64,000 bases of DNA from Eledone cirrhosa (GCA_964016885.1 OZ024741.1:73036001-73100000); one strand, 5' to 3'. Counted from the first letter of the stretch, positions 40,808-56,671 are shown. Translations and numbers: made by a program. The notes: generated by a model from the sequence alone, not told the origin.

Positions 40808-41297
40808 TTTGCATATGACTATGTATATAGATGTGTATTGTGCGTGAGTATGTTTGTGTTTGTGTGAGTGTAAGTTTAACTCTGCGTGTGTGTGAGTGTG
40901 CGTGTGTGTGTGTAAGTGTGACTGTGTGTGTGTGAGTGTGTGTGTGACTGTGTGTGTGAGTGTGTGTGTTCATACGATGAGCCTCTGCACAGTGTCTGTC
41001 GCCACAAATTCTACTCAGAATATGTTGGTTTTCTAGTCTTATGTAGAAGCCACTAGCCTCAAGTTCTGTGCAGTGTGAACAAACGAGTAATCACGCATAC
41101 GCAATGGGAAACCCTTATCTACACAGCCTGTACACTTCTCCACCAATATATATTTTTATCTATATAAATTATTGTGCATTTATATAAATGTGCATATATT
41201 GTATTTCTTTATATACCCCAAAACACATACACACCTCGTCCCCTCCACACACACATAGTCCCTTCCACACACACACGCACACACACACAGACACACA

Positions 41298-41352
<55 letters not shown>

Positions 41353-41447
41353 GTATTTTTTCTTTATTTGCATTCTGTTCCATTTAAAAACAATCAGAAT
41401 GCTAATTCGTTCTTCATGACTAAACAAACAAGTCTTTTTCGTACTTT

Positions 41448-41900
41448 TTGTTGCTATTGTTGTTGTTATGGGTGTTTTTGCTGTTGTTGTTGTTGTGGGT
41501 GTTTTTGTTGCTATGGTTGCTGTTGCTGTTATCGTTGTCTTCTTGTTGTTGTTGCAACTGTTGTGGTCGCTACTGTTGTTACTGTGATTGTTGTTGTTGT
41601 TCTTGTTGCTGTTATAGATATTGTGGTTAAAGGCTGTTGCTGTTGTTGTTGTTGATGCTGCTATAGATATTGTGTTTAAAGGCTGTTGCTGTTGTTGTTG
41701 TTGTTGTTGCTGTTGTTGTGGGTGTTTTTGTTGTTGTTGCTGCTGCTGCTGTTGCTGCTGTTGTTGTTGTTGCTGTTATCGCTGTCTTGTTGTTGTTGCA
41801 ACTGTTGTGGTTGCTGCTGTTGTTAATGTGATTGTTGCTGTGGTTGTTGATGCTGTTGTAGATATGTGGTTAAAGGCTGTTGTTGTTGTGGTTGCTGTTT
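41448..41900. repeat. (GTT/GCT)n trinucleotide region
   Basis: Direct inspection. Confidence 0.9.
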
Positions 41901-41909
41901 TATATATAA

Positions 41910-41955
<46 letters not shown>

Positions 41956-42246
41956 AGGAAGTTATAGTTCACTTGAAGCATTGTGTAATGAGGTATAAAC
42001 GTTTGTATATGTATAATAAAGCCAAAACAATGCAGGTATGGACATAGAATAAAGAATGCAAATGCAAAAGATATTGGTGGCAATTAGTCTTTTACCTTAG
42101 ATTTATTTAAATGTCCTTAATTTTCGAGATAATATCTCTTCTTCGGAGGGAAGTAAAGAGGTTAAACCAGTGTTCTAAATAGTTTGCCAAGTCATGCTGA
42201 CAGCATACCTGCATTGTTTTGGCTTTATAATACATATACAAACGTT

Positions 42247-42332
<86 letters not shown>

Positions 42333-42462
42333 GGTAACAACAGTTAGTTCACCATACTGAAAACAATTGTTTCACCTTAAGCGGTTCTTCAGCTCGGACT
42401 GGTAATGGTTATATATATATATATATGTATGTGTTGCAGGTTTGATAATATATACATATTTA

Positions 42463-42463
<1 letters not shown>

Positions 42464-42493
<30 letters not shown>

Positions 42494-42587
42494 CTTCTTC
42501 TTCTTCTTCTTCTTCTTCTTCTTCTTCTTCTTCTTCTTCTTCTTCTTCTTCTTCTTCTTCTTCTTCTTCTTCTTCTTCTTCTTCTTC
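42464..42587. repeat. (CTT)n microsatellite
   Basis: Direct inspection. Confidence 0.95.
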
Positions 42588-42699
42588 ATGCCTTGCTGTA
42601 TTTAGTCACAGCTCCTTAGATTATGTGTTCAATGACAGCAATAGTAACAACAACAACAACATTAGTGACAACAGCAAGAGTAACAACAACGCTAGGTGT

Positions 42700-43322
42700 T
42701 CTGGCTCTTTACATTTTCAGTTCAAATCCCGCTGAGATCAACTTTGTCTTTCATCCTTCTGGGATCGATAAAATAAGGTACCAGTCATATACTGAGGTTG
42801 GTTTAATCAACTTTGCACTTACCCCAGATTTGCTGACATTCAGTCTAATTTAGAAATTAATGATAATAACAACATTAATAATTGTTTCTACATTTGGCAA
42901 AAGGCCTGCAATTAGAAGGACAGGAGAATGTCGATAAATCGACCCCAGTGTGTTACTGGTACATTATTTTATCGATCTTGTAAGGATGAAAGGCAAAGCT
43001 AACCTCGGTGGGATTTGAACTCAGAACTTAAAGAGACGTAACTATATGTCACAAAGCATGTCCGACGCTCTACCGTACCACCAATCCTCCAATAACAACA
43101 GTAATAATGATTTCTACTATATGCACAAGGCCAGCAATTTTGGGAGAGGAGAAAGCCTATTAAATCGACCCTAGTGCATTACTGGTACTTTATTTTATCG
43201 ACCCCGTAAGGATGAAAGGTAAAGCTAACCTCGACGGGATTTGAACTCGGAACGTAAAAGGCCGTAACTCTATGCTGCAAAGCATGGTGTCTGACGCTCT
43301 ACCTATACTGCCAATCCACCGG
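42700..43322. mobile_element. Cluster of three Deu/Nin-type SINEs (42700-42855 +, 42880-43090 -, 43110-43322 -)
   Basis: Each carries the B box and the CTTTCATCC...CGATAAAAT..GTACCAG block. Confidence 0.85.
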
Positions 43323-44004
43323 CCATTATTAATAGCAACAGTAACAACAATATTAAGGTAGATAACAGCAATATGACAAGATAATGAGAAAAGACAGTGT
43401 AGTCCTATTTATATTAGAATAGAGGAATTGGTCTTGAATGTTTCTGATCATAGGTTATACCTGATCAGAGCCAGCTTTACGTTAAAAAACAACGGCAACA
43501 ACAACATCAGCAGCATCAACAACAACAGCAATAGCAACAACAACAACAGCAATAAAAAAAATAACAGCAACAGCAGCAGCAGCAGCAAAAACAACAGTGA
43601 CAATAACGACAACAGCAAGTACAACCCCCCCCCCCTCCCCGCCCTACGCCATCCTAGCAGAGAAAGAGGATTAGGTGCGTGTTAGTGTATGAATATGTAG
43701 GAATGTGTATGAATGTGTGTGCGTGTGCCTATGCATGAGTGTGTGTAAGTATGTATATGTGTGTGTGTGTGGGGGGGGGGGGGGGGCAAGTATGGAGAAG
43801 TCAGGGGAGCGGAATAAAATGGGGCGGGGGGTTAGTAGAAGAAATAGGGGTAGGAGTTAGAGGTAGACTGGAAGAGGTAGGATTAGCGAAAAGGAGGAAA
43901 CTGGAGAGGCTGGGGGAGAGGGATGTTTTGCCGTATCTAATGAAGCGTAACTCGTTTAATCTTCCATAACCCGATTGTAATGAACTGCGAGACTGACTTT
44001 ATAC

Positions 44005-44946
44005 TAGCGTTGTTACTGTTGTTGTTGTTATTCCTCCTTTTATGGTTGTTTGCGTTACTCTTGTTGTTGTTATGGTTGTTGCTAATGCTGTAGTTGTTGT
44101 TGTTATTATTGTGGTTGTTGTTGATACTGTTGATGTTATTGTTGCGGTTTATGTTGCTGCTGCTGCTGCTGTTGTTGTTGTTGCTTATAGTTGCTATTCT
44201 TATAGTTGTTGTTGCTGTTGTGATTATGCTACTGTTGTTGTTGTTATGGTTGTTGCTATTGTTCTTGTAGTTGATACTGTTGTTGTTGTTATGGTTGTTG
44301 CTATTTTTTGTTGTTGTTGATACTGTTGTTGTTGTTATGTTGTTGTTGTTATGGTTGTTGCTATTTTTATTGTTGTTGATACTGTTGTTGTTGTTATGTT
44401 GTTGTTGTTATGGTTGTTGCTATTTTTATTGTTGTTGATATTGTTGTTGTTGTTATGTTGTTGTTGTTATGGCTCTTGTTAATGCTGTAGTTGTTGTTGA
44501 TGTTGTTGTGGTTATGTTGTTTTTTTATGGTTGTTGCTATTGTGGTTCTTGTTGATACTGTTGATGTTGTTGTTGAGGTTATGTTGTTGTTTTTATGATT
44601 GTTGCTATTGTTGTTGGTGTTTTTATAGTTGTTATTGTTGTTGTTGTTATTTTTATAGTTGTTATTATTGTTGTTGTTGTTGTGGTGGTTATGTCACTGT
44701 TGTTGTTTTTATGGTTGTTGCTACTGTTGTGGTTGTTGTTATGTTATTGTTGTTGTTTTTATGGTTGTTGTTACTGTTGTAATTGTTGTAGTTTGTTATT
44801 GCTGATGTTGCTAATGTTGTTGTTACTGATGTTTTTACTGCATTGTTCTGGTTGTTGTTGATGTTATTCTCATTGTTGCTGGTTCTATTGTTATCGTTGA
44901 TACTATTGCTGTTATTATTGTTACTGTTGTTGTTTTTGTTCTTCTT

Positions 44947-45006
<60 letters not shown>

Positions 45007-45010
45007 TTAT

Positions 45011-45070
<60 letters not shown>
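44005..45070. repeat. (GTT)n-rich region followed by (CTA)n
   Basis: Direct inspection. Confidence 0.9.
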
Positions 45071-45180
45071 AGTTGTTTATTTCTGATTTCCCTCCAACCA
45101 CATACTGTTCTTTTTACACCATATTCACGAAAACATACCTGTATATACACAACTGTATACACACACACATATATATGTAT

Positions 45181-45243
<63 letters not shown>

Positions 45244-45266
45244 TATATGTATATATGTATACACAT

Positions 45267-45333
<67 letters not shown>

Positions 45334-45583
45334 TACTTTTGTTCAAATTAGCTAGATAGACGTTCCAATTATTGTATGGTTTCAACGAAACCTAGTATTT
45401 ACTGTTATAAGAAGAAATAAAAAGGGAAAAGATTTATAATGCTATGTTCAGTGTCACAAGCGTTGTAGTTAATATATGAGGATAGATGTGCTTTCAAAAT
45501 AAGAAACAAAACTTTCTATACAAGAACCAGCAACTGATACAAAATCAGAGGGGACTGGTATGGTAAGTGTTATGTATAAACAA

Positions 45584-45990
45584 GGGCGGTGGATTGGCAG
45601 TATTGGGAGAGGGTCGGACGCCATGCTTTGACGTATAGAGTTACGGCCCTTGCCATTCTCAGTTCAAATCCCGCCGAGGTTAACTTTGCCTTTCATCCTT
45701 ACGGGGTCGATAAAATAAAGTACCAGTAATGCACTGGTTAATTGCTGGCCTTGTGCCTAACGTAGAAACAATTATTTCTAGCATAGGCATAAGGCCAGTA
45801 ATTTTTTGTTGGGGGGGTGGGGTTCGATTAAATTGACGCGAGTAAGTTACTGGTGCTTTATTTTATCGACCCCGTTAGGATGAAACGTATAGTTAACCTC
45901 GGTGGGATTTGAACTCAGACCGTAAAGGACCGTAACTCTATGCTGCAAAGCATGGTGTCCGGTTCTTCCGATACTGCCAATCCACCGCCC
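45584..45990. mobile_element. Tail-to-tail pair of Deu/Nin-type SINEs (45584-45775 +, 45776-45990 -)
   Basis: Two full-length copies in opposite orientation abut each other. Confidence 0.9.
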
Positions 45991-46517
45991 TAGTGTTATG
46001 TGTAATAATAAAAGTACATTGTTTAAAGATGACAATTATTGTTGTTGTTGGATCCCTATCGGTTCCAGCGACGAGAGCTCCAGTTGTGTGAGGAAAGGTA
46101 CAGCCTGTTCATGAAATTAAAGTGCTAAGTATACCGTTAATATAGTTTTCAAGGAGATTCAGCATGACATAGTGTGTAACGTGATTGACTCTTTGAATTG
46201 CAGATACAATTCATTTTTGCCAACTAAGTTGACTTGAGCAATGTGAAGCACATGGTCATATCGCGCCGCTGTGTAATCGAACTTACGGCATTATGATCTG
46301 CCATCACTAAAGAAAATATAGAAGCAAAGAGGCTGACTGGCTTGTTGTGTTACCGTGGAGACATTTACGTCTGAAAATATCATGAATGGGAAGGAGATAA
46401 TTAGAAATAGCTGAAGGGGAACAACATCTCAGACACATCCCAGCGGGAGCTTAGCACAATGTTATATACACATGCACGCATGCATATAGAATTATATATA
46501 TAATCTAAACACATAAG

Positions 46518-46585
<68 letters not shown>

Positions 46586-47158
46586 CATATATATTTGTGT
46601 ATCTTTATTTGTGTGTGTCTGTGTAATTAATTCGCAAATATAACGAAAATACTTTCTCTGATCAAAATGAGGAAAACCAGATTTATATCAATAATATAGA
46701 CATACATATACACAACAAAAAAAAAAAGAAAAATACAATAATAACGGTGGTGCCCCAGAATGGCCTCAGTCAGTCGGCCAGAACACATAAAAAAAGTTTT
46801 AAAAAATACTGATATGCAATCAAGATACATATTGATGTATAATACAAAATACATTCTATATCTCCCCCAGATACGATGCTGGTTTTAGCAGTTAGATGTT
46901 CATAAAAGAATATAGATACGGGTTGCCCCTATCAGTCGAACTGCCAAGTATGTTGTATCAGAACTTTACAGTTTTTATACAAGTCCGGGTCGTTGGCTAC
47001 TAAATCCATAATCCCACCAAGCTTGCTTGGTGAGGAGGGTAACTTTTAGACAGCCAGCGGGACGAAAAACAAAACCTATCGATTAACTGACATCCAATCG
47101 TGTGTAAAACAAATGGATAGAGACAGCTCGTTAGCCTTTGTTGGCAGTCTGTCTGCGA

Positions 47159-47325
47159 CTGGGTTTCCCAAACCTTTTCAAATGCGGAACCCTTTTTGGT
47201 TCAGAAACTTTCGGGGGGACGCCAAAGTCTAATACTGTTATATGGTCGTAATATAAATATACTCCTCCACCTTTTTTCACAGAACCCCAGACATCCCTTT
47301 GGGGAACCCACTTTGGGAACCACTG
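47159..47325. mobile_element. hAT (Charlie-like) MITE
   Basis: TIRs CTGGGTTTCCCAAA / TTTGGGAACCACTG, with a degenerate 8-bp TSD GTCTGCGA/GTCAAGGA. Confidence 0.65.
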
Positions 47326-47699
47326 GTCAAGGAGAAAGAGCACTCTGATTTTAGAACCGAGATGGATTAGACTCCTTAGTCACCATCGTGAGATTGTTCA
47401 AGTGACCAATGGTTTCATTCTTGTGTTGAAGGCGGATCAGCTGCGGCTCGGTAGCCAGCCTCCCAGTAATGGTCGGACGAGGATTCGGGACCCACCGATG
47501 CCACATTTTCCCCGATGAGAATTATAGACATACAGCATCATATAGTGCTGTTGTCCATGACCCCTGACCGACAGCAACAAACATGGCAAGAATCCACTTC
47601 GGCGTAGAAAGCGCTGAAGTAGGGAAGCAGTAAAAATTTAAATAGCCTAAACAAATTCGACAGATTTTTTACTTGAATGAACCTGTTTTTCTCGAAAGT

Positions 47700-48016
<317 letters not shown>

Positions 48017-48095
48017 ACACACGCACACGCACACACACACACAAACACACACATATATATATATATATATATAATTAAAGTTTTCGTTTCAACAG

Positions 48096-48527
48096 AGCTG
48101 TATATATTTAAGTATGGGAAATTTGTATATCTAATGATATGCGGCATATTTACGAATACACATTTGGAAAGCTATGAATATTGAAAAGCTGATGGCTAAC
48201 ACCTTGTAGTGGATTCCAGCAGAAGAACGCGTTATGGCTTAAGCCGTCACGAGGACAGTGCTTCCCTTACCTAGCTTTCTGCTGGAATTTGAAACAGTCG
48301 AAAATATATAGTTGTTTCGCCTATGTACATGGGCTGATTAAACTCATTTGCATATAGAGCTGTCAAGCCAACTCACCCTGAAAATAGAATTCAAGTTTAC
48401 GCTCCAACATAGCTGTATACATTTAAGTATGTGAATTTTGTATATCTAAAGATATACGGTATGTTTATGAATAAACATTTAGAAAGCCCTTTAGCTATGA
48501 ATATTGAAGAGCTGACGGCTAGCGCCC
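48096..48527. repeat. ~110-bp diverged direct repeat (48096-48203 and 48411-48527)
   Basis: AGCTGTATA.ATTTAAGTATG...GCTATGAATATTGAA.AGCTGA.GGCTA occurs twice. Confidence 0.8.
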
Positions 48528-48739
48528 TGTATAAACAAAAAATGAATCATAATTACGAAGCATTTATCGAATCTTGAAATCTGAATGTATGGTAAGCATA
48601 CAACGCAGATCTTTGATCATGAAAACCCGTCAAACAATTTAGGTATATATACTCATAGAAAAGGAAATAAACTGCATTGCAGGATCTCATTATAAGATAC
48701 TATACAGGTACTGTGTCGTTTGCTATATTTGTTCTGTTT

Positions 48740-48880
<141 letters not shown>

Positions 48881-49158
48881 TGTATGGCCTCTTAACATAT
48901 TGTTTAGCTCTGGTTTGTTAACTATCGAGCGTTTGCCAGTATCATATCAGATTTTTGCGTTTCGTTTCGCCTTTTCTACCCGCCGAAATGCGATTCTCGC
49001 TCAATCTATATTTGTATATATACATATATATATATATATATGTAAGTTGTAATAAAATGAAAACGAAATTTCATTTCTCACTCTTAGTACGGCACTTACT
49101 TAAATGTAAGTATGTATGTATACGTACATACATATATGTATACAGACGTACAGTAGCA

Positions 49159-49224
<66 letters not shown>

Positions 49225-49360
49225 TACATACAGGTACACATACATATATGTACGTATCAGTTTAGCGGACGCTTATTATAACATACATACTTACATATAT
49301 ATATGTAAATATATATATATACCGCGACCTGAGTGTGGTTTCATATTACGGAAAATGAGC

Positions 49361-49401
<41 letters not shown>

Positions 49402-50380
49402 CACAAATACATATATATAAATTCAACCAAAGTGCTGTTGCCATGCTGGGGCATCACCATCATTGTTATACTTCTTATAGCCCTTCTTGTTTCGTAAATG
49501 AGTCGGAGAAGAGTTTGATACTAGTGTCTATATTTGTGTTTCTTGCCGTGACATAGGCAAGTTTAGGATCTCAGACCAAAAATGTTGTGTTTCTTCAAAT
49601 CACCTTCATTTATACCCATATAGAAACATCAGTTTTCCCGTCGACTATCGAAGAGTTGTGAACCCTTGCATCCTAAGATATTGCAGTATTCTGTGCTTAG
49701 TGTAAATGGGGAGGGTGGAACTTTTGGCAATGAGGTGTCCTTCTCGAGAACTTTCAATTAACAAGTTTGGTGTTAGTTTCTCCATGACGTTACCATAAGT
49801 TTACCGTAATCTTCAAATACACAGTCACCAAACGTGCACCCATTATGAATATTAGAACAACTATTTAAAATATTTTCTACATTCTGTATAGCAATATTGC
49901 TAGTTGGGGTAGTATTCTCGAGTGAATCGATACGAATAGATGAAATGTAAGGCATAAGAATGATATCTTGTGATTTTCTGTGTACGGAGGAATATTTGAA
50001 AGTGTATACGCTTCCAACTTGTTTCTGTTCACAGTTGAGGTTTGTAAATAAACAGAAACCGTTAGTTATATCTAGTTGAATGTTGCTTTAATGCACACAC
50101 ATACGCACGCACAGACACACACACACGCAGATACGTATATTTTATACATACATGGACAACTATATAAGTCCATATACATACATATATATATATATATATA
50201 TATGCACACACACACATATATATATATGTATATGTGTATATATACATATATATATATGTATATGTGTATATATACATATATATATATATATATGTATATA
50301 TGTGTGTGTGTGTGTGTGTGTGTATATACATATAGATATATACATATATATATATATGCACATATATATGCATATTTACA

Positions 50381-50452
<72 letters not shown>

Positions 50453-50467
50453 TACACATACACACAC

Positions 50468-50524
<57 letters not shown>

Positions 50525-51134
50525 TATAATTGTGTGTGTTTGAAATTACATTTATAACTTCACATACACAAATTATATTCCATAATGGAAAATGTTATGA
50601 AAATTTAGGAGTTGGAAAAAACAACAAAACAACGAAAAATCAAAACGAGAAACAGACGATAAAGTGAAAATTATCGTCACATAAAAATCAAGGAAAAACT
50701 AATTCTTGTACTCCCCAAGGGTGTTAGTCATTCAAAGTATCTTTTCCACAAGTCAATCTACTGCCAAATCAAATTAGACAACAGACGCTGGCAGAGATTC
50801 CTGTGAAAGTCTCATTGAATGATGGTGTCTGAGGAATTCTTGGCGTCTTTTGATGCATACAGCTTCCGTAGGAATAGCTTTGGCAGTTTAATGTTTTCTA
50901 GCTGGCGGATATATTTGTGCGGAAAACTTCGACAAACACAACTGCTGCATGATGATATAGGATATTAAAACAGAGAAAACGGCTGTGAGGCTAAGAATTC
51001 ACCTCGCAACCGTATAGATCTGGGTTCAGACCCGCTATGTGGCATCTTGGGCAAGTTTCTCTATTATAACCTCGGGTTAACCAATGCCTTGTGTGGAAAT
51101 TAGTACAGGAGCCCGTCGTACACATACATAATAC

Positions 51135-51666
51135 ATGATGGCTGCAACTCGATTTCGAGTAATGCCATCGCTTGATACTTAAGCATGAGCATCACGTACG
51201 TGGCATTTTAGTCCTGCTAGGGACTTGCCTATGGCCAACTATGTCATGCATCGCAAAAATGTTAGATAAGCGTAGTCTGTGCTTGAAGCTTTTTTAAGCG
51301 AGGAAAGGCTTTGCCCGAGGCCAATCCCACTCTCTGAACATCGAATGCATTTACCCAAAAAGTAAAACTGGTCTACATCGTTAGATGCAAACGAAGTCGT
51401 AGGTTTTATATCAGAGTGATCTTTTCTTAGCGAGATGTATTAATGAAGACAAGGAGTCTCTCACTCAACAACAACAGAAAAAAAAACTTTATTGGAAGGC
51501 CGTTGACTCTCCTGAGTTCCTTTGCTCTTTGACGGGTCTTGCTTTTCATCGCGCAGGGTGTCCAAAATCGCCCTCCTCACCATGCAAGCTTGATTTGGTT
51601 GCCGGTTTAGGGGCCAATTATCTGATCATGCACAGGTTGTACTGGGTTACATGTTACCAGTAGCAC
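51135..51666 (-). mobile_element. RTE-derived short element
   Basis: Both termini match 24932-25560 in reverse; the interior matches 16915-17150. Confidence 0.65.
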
Positions 51667-51699
51667 TGAAGAGCGATCAAACGTTGCCTCTTCAATCGC

Positions 51700-52960
51700 T
51701 CTGGCCAGTTTAGCGCGGCTGGCGGATGTCGACTATGCGCTCGAAAAACAACAAAATGCCTAAAAGATCGAATTTAAATCTATACATGAGCTACACAGCA
51801 ATAATAAAGCCAGATTTTGGGCCCCGCGCGGCAAAAGAACACCTCTGAGGACAAAAGATAGCAAAGGCGTACATACAAATATGGAGAAAAAAAATCACCA
51901 GTCGATGTAAAGAACACTATAGAGAAATCCTGAACAGAGACTCTCGTGTGGATGCAGAAGTTTTAGATATAGATCAGCAGCCCATAGTCTATGAAATGGA
52001 TGCACCATCTTCCCCAGAAGAGGTACTTAACTCCATTGCTAAACTAAATCTTGGAAAAGCAGCTGGTCAAGGCGGACTCTGCGCTGAGGTCTTTCGGTTT
52101 GGAGGAGTCACTTGATCGATATCATGCATAGTGTTATTTCGGATATCTAGATGGCTGGAGAAGTTCCAAAGATGTGGCTATTATGATTCCTCTGTACAAA
52201 GGCAACAGTGTCTGTGAATATTGAGGAAAGTACAGAGGCACAGCCGGAAAGATCTTGTCTTGTGTAATCCTGTCCAGACTGAACTGGAGAATTTATCTCT
52301 GATTTAATAAAGGTTGAGATCTGAATGCAGCGACTTTGTTTTACATCTTCTCTAGTGTTTTTAATGATGCTTTCAAGAACCATAACCAGGGTATGTATGT
52401 AAGATATTGCCGTACAAGAAAGTTTCACAACATATACCGCTTTGTTAAATCAAAAGTCCTTCTAGCTCCTGTCCGTGATCTCCTCTACGCCGATGACTAC
52501 AACATGGTCACCTATATTGCCGCTGATATGCTGTGTTTCATGGATTAAGCTTTCTCAGTCTTTGATCTGACAACCAGTCTGGTTAAAATAGTTGTCATGT
52601 TTCAAACAGCTCCATGCACAACTTATGAGGAACCTACCATCTACGTCGAAGGGATAATCTGAAGGTTGTTGACAATTTGACCTATGGGTAGTACGATAAA
52701 CCGTCACTGCTCCCTCGACGATGAAATATCTCTCTAACTTGAGAAAGTCACTGACACCTCTTCTGCTCTTGAAGATCACGTGTGGTCTCTCAGAAAGGCC
52801 TGGAAAAGAAAACGAAGATAGACGTCTATAATACCTGTGTTCTTACAAGCTTTCTTCACTATTACAAGACCTGGGTGGTTTACAGAAAACACTTAAAACC
52901 ACTGGTGCACTTACACCACAACTGTCTAAGATTGCTTATACAAAAATAATTCAGTGGATA
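51700..52960 (+). pseudogene. Decayed RTE-clade LINE reverse transcriptase
   Basis: Fragments PEEVLNSIAKLNLGKAAG..GL.AEVFRFGG, IPLYKG, DLLYADD, SLDDEIS and VYNTCVL..TWVVYRKHLK..HHNCLR. Confidence 0.8.
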
Positions 52961-53916
52961 GAAAATAGCAAAGCGTGGACTGAATTCCTAGCCATTGAGA
53001 AAATCACTGCCTACTGCGTCGGTGGCAAATTCAAAAAGAATAAGTTCCCAGAGTCCACGCTTTGCCTGGAAACTTAGCTGAGAATAGACTTCCCTGACGA
53101 CGAAAGGCTTCTCTATATTTTCTTCGGAAAGTATATTTATTCCCTTTCAGAAACTAATTAGTTGGGAGTGAAATTTTAGTAAGTAAGTTAATTTTATAAT
53201 TTTATTATTTTACGTCTCTCATATTATTGTTCTGCAACCCCATGCATTGAACCACAAAGTTACTAAGACAAAACCTATGTATTTGCTAGCATTGGTATGC
53301 ATCTGTGTGTATATATATGTTACTAGATATATTAATTCTTTATATATATATATATATTATACATACATATATACATGCATGCATATATATATACACTCAT
53401 ATTTGTATATACGTACATTTGTGTCTGTGTGTGAGTGTGTTTGTTTAAACAACACTATTTAAACTCTCACATGAATGTGAAAATCCACTCCTGATCGTTC
53501 AGGGTTTAGGTCCTGAGTGAAGAGACCTTAACGACTTCTAAATAAGTCTGATTCTCAAAGAATATTGCTGCTTGAGATCGCGTGATAGTATCAATGACTG
53601 GTAACTGTTACTTTTGCTGCTGGATCAGTCTATGGCCTTTGACTGCTATTAAATAGGTGGCCATATGGAAACCACGACAATTTGGGCTTCAGAAAACCAC
53701 AATGTGGCATCCATAGCGTACAGATATTCTATTATTAGTTCAGTCTATAGTATTAACTAAAGTTGTCCATACCTTCCGGAAATTGTTGAATTTGTGAACA
53801 GGATACTGGAAGCAGCACGAGACTTTTCCAGTGCAGAAAGCTTTCAAGAACGGATTTAAACATTCTTGAAACGTGAGTTGATGCTGGCTATTATTAACAT
53901 TATTAACAAAAGGAGA

Positions 53917-54085
53917 GGGCGGAGGAATGGCAGAATTGTTTAAGTGTCGGACAATATGCTCTATAGCATTTGTTTTTGAGTTCCAATCCCACCGACATCA
54001 ACTTTGCCTTTCATCCTTCTAGGGTAGACAAAATAAAGTACCTCCTTCAAATTACTGGCTTTGTGCCAAAACTACAAATCACTAT
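53917..54085 (+). mobile_element. Deu/Nin-type SINE, diverged
   Basis: GAGTTCCAATCC...TTTGCCTTTCATCC...AAAATAAAGTACC. Confidence 0.8.
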
Positions 54086-55951
54086 TATTAACAACAGGTG
54101 GTGGATCTCACCAAATAGAAATATTAAAGCAGCACCCGTTAGTTTTAGCAAAACTGTATCTATAGAGAGCGGTAGACTGGAAAATGGGTTAATCAATGGC
54201 AAAATATCAGATACAACGCGCTGGCAGCGAAAATAGTCAGCGACCGTTTTTCGACTTGAGACGCGAAAGAAGCATTGGTCATGCAAGAAGACGTGTCCTG
54301 AAGCATGTGGGAACTAAAGAAGTTTAATGGAGATGATAACTAGATCGATGGTCTCAGTAGATTGAGTAACGGACGTGTTGAGCCACTGTTCGAGGTTCAA
54401 ATCGTCCTGATTGGATGATGTACCTTGTGAACTCTATTGTTATATGTCTGATGTATTCAACCACTGTGTGAGGGTCAAATTCTCGTGACTGGTCTGTCTT
54501 GCGAACTGTATTGATGTATGCCAGTTGTGTTGAGCCACCACTACCACACCACCACCACCGCAACAACAGCAACACCAACAACAAATATCCCCACCACCAC
54601 CATCAACAACAACAACAAAATTAACAACACAACACTTCTCTATTTGGTTGCGTCACCTGTAAGATATAACATCGAAATCTCTCTCAAATCAAACTTTACT
54701 CTCTAGAAAATCGAATACATTGAATAATGTAGTCCTAGATATACAATGACCGAGAGAAGGATGGGTTGTTCATGGCTGGAATGTCATTGATAATAGATAT
54801 ACTGCCAGGCCAGCATGAGGCTAAACAAAAATAACATAATCTTTATCAATAAGAGATAAGGGGAAACGGGGGAGCCTCTACCTAGTCATCAAACGTGCTA
54901 AAAATATCAGTTAAATCTCGTTTTAACATTTAATAATGTAATGCAATATATATCTAAACAGAAAAGATGGTCATGGCTGGAATGTTACGCATTATAACAC
55001 AGTTCCATTAAAAGTCGATCTGGGGCTAATAAAACATACCATCATCACCCCACTCCCTCTCCAGCGTCGACGCCATCACCACCACAACCACCACCACCAC
55101 CATCATTATCATTATCACCATCACCACCATCAATGTGTCAACAACAGCCGATGTATCGATCCGTTGATAGATTATGGTGAATTGGCTCTCTTAATAGGTT
55201 TGGATGGAGTCCCAATAATTTAAGAAATTGCTCAGTCCGGACATTTCGGTTGCTACATCCGACTTATTTCCCCCCACCCCTCTCATCACCACCACCAACA
55301 TCACCACCACCACCATCACCAACACCAACACCTTCACCACCGCCACAACCACTACCAGCACCACCAACACCACCACCACTACCAGCACCACCAACACCAC
55401 CACTACCAGCATCACCAACACCACCACCACCATCACTCTCGCTACCACCGTTCCCCAACTCCACCGTCACCACCACCAATACCATGGTGGCGCGATACAA
55501 TTCATATTTAGTCACTTGTCCTACTAAAAATAGTAGCCACATCTCCCTCAAATCATATCTTGTCATTTTTCAATGGTGAAGGATACATTCATCATCATCA
55601 TCATCATCATTTAATTTTACGTCCGATTTTCCCTGCTTGCAAGGGTGGGACGGGAACTGATTCTGGCATGATTTCTACAGCTCGATGCCTTTCCTAACAC
55701 CAACCTCATTTACAGTGAGTGCTGGGTGCTTTTTTCCGTGGCGCCTACACGTCCACTTTACAGTGGATTGATAGGGACCCCAGTCCCTATCATCTCTTTT
55801 CTACAGCTGAGTAAACTGGAGCAATGTTAAATAAAGTGTCTTGCTCAGGGAAACAACACATTGAATAACATAATCGTACATTTCTTCAAAAAACATGTTT
55901 TTTACAACATCTTTGATCATAGATCTGTTCAATCAAGAACAACTTGATTGA

Positions 55952-56018
55952 AGTTTTCTATCAGTGTTGAATTGTTTTTAATCAAGTGATTAAAACAATT
56001 CAACACTGATATAAAACT
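55952..56018. repeat. ~32-bp-arm palindrome
   Basis: AGTTTTCTATCAGTGTTGAATTGTTTTTAATCA-AG-TGATTAAAACAATTCAACACTGATATAAAACT. Confidence 0.8.
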
Positions 56019-56601
56019 AAACCGTGTTTGACACGAAGATATTATGCCAGACTATCCCTTTCATAATGTTACTATCTTGTTAAAGTAAATAAGAGCTCGT
56101 AGGATTCAATGGTGTATAGGCCACATAGTTTCATCTCTGTTAAATGGTTTAGCTCTCGGTATTATATTTCAATTAACATATTATAGACGCATTTTGTTTT
56201 TTAGCTCCTAAGTGAAGTGTCTATCGTTATATTTTTGTTTCCGAATGTAATCTTGTGTTGGTTATAACGGATTTTCAATGGATTTGACGCGAATCCTATA
56301 TACATTTATAATCTAGTAATCGCATTTCGCCTCCCTTCGCTCGACGTTTGTTTATAGTATGTTACCATAGTAATTCATTAATACAAATTGAAATTTCATA
56401 CAGTTACAGTTCAATTTTATGTTATGTTTGATGACACATTGGTAGAATGTGTAACCATTCAACAAATTTTATAATCGGATTAGCGGAGCAATGTTTTGCG
56501 TAACTGGTTTTTATATCGATGTCGAATGAGGGGTTAAACCACACACAACGGGGCACACACAAACACACACACATACACACGCACTGATATAACCCATACG
56601 C

Positions 56602-56670
<69 letters not shown>

Positions 56671-56671
56671 T

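Noticed and set aside
41188-45355. Cys-, Val-, Ser-, Lys- or Tyr-rich ORFs
   Set aside because: Trinucleotide repeat translations.
53485-53535. CTGATCG-TTCAGGG..TCCTGAG-t-GAAG as a hammerhead
   Set aside because: A stem II-like hairpin exists, but the core and stems I and III are too degenerate to support a call.
53560-53880. LLLLDQSMAFD as part of a gene
   Set aside because: Probably an old Tx1/L1 RT scrap, but too short and decayed to delimit.
55250-55579. Proline-rich or Thr-rich ORF
   Set aside because: (ACC/CAC)n low-complexity repeat.
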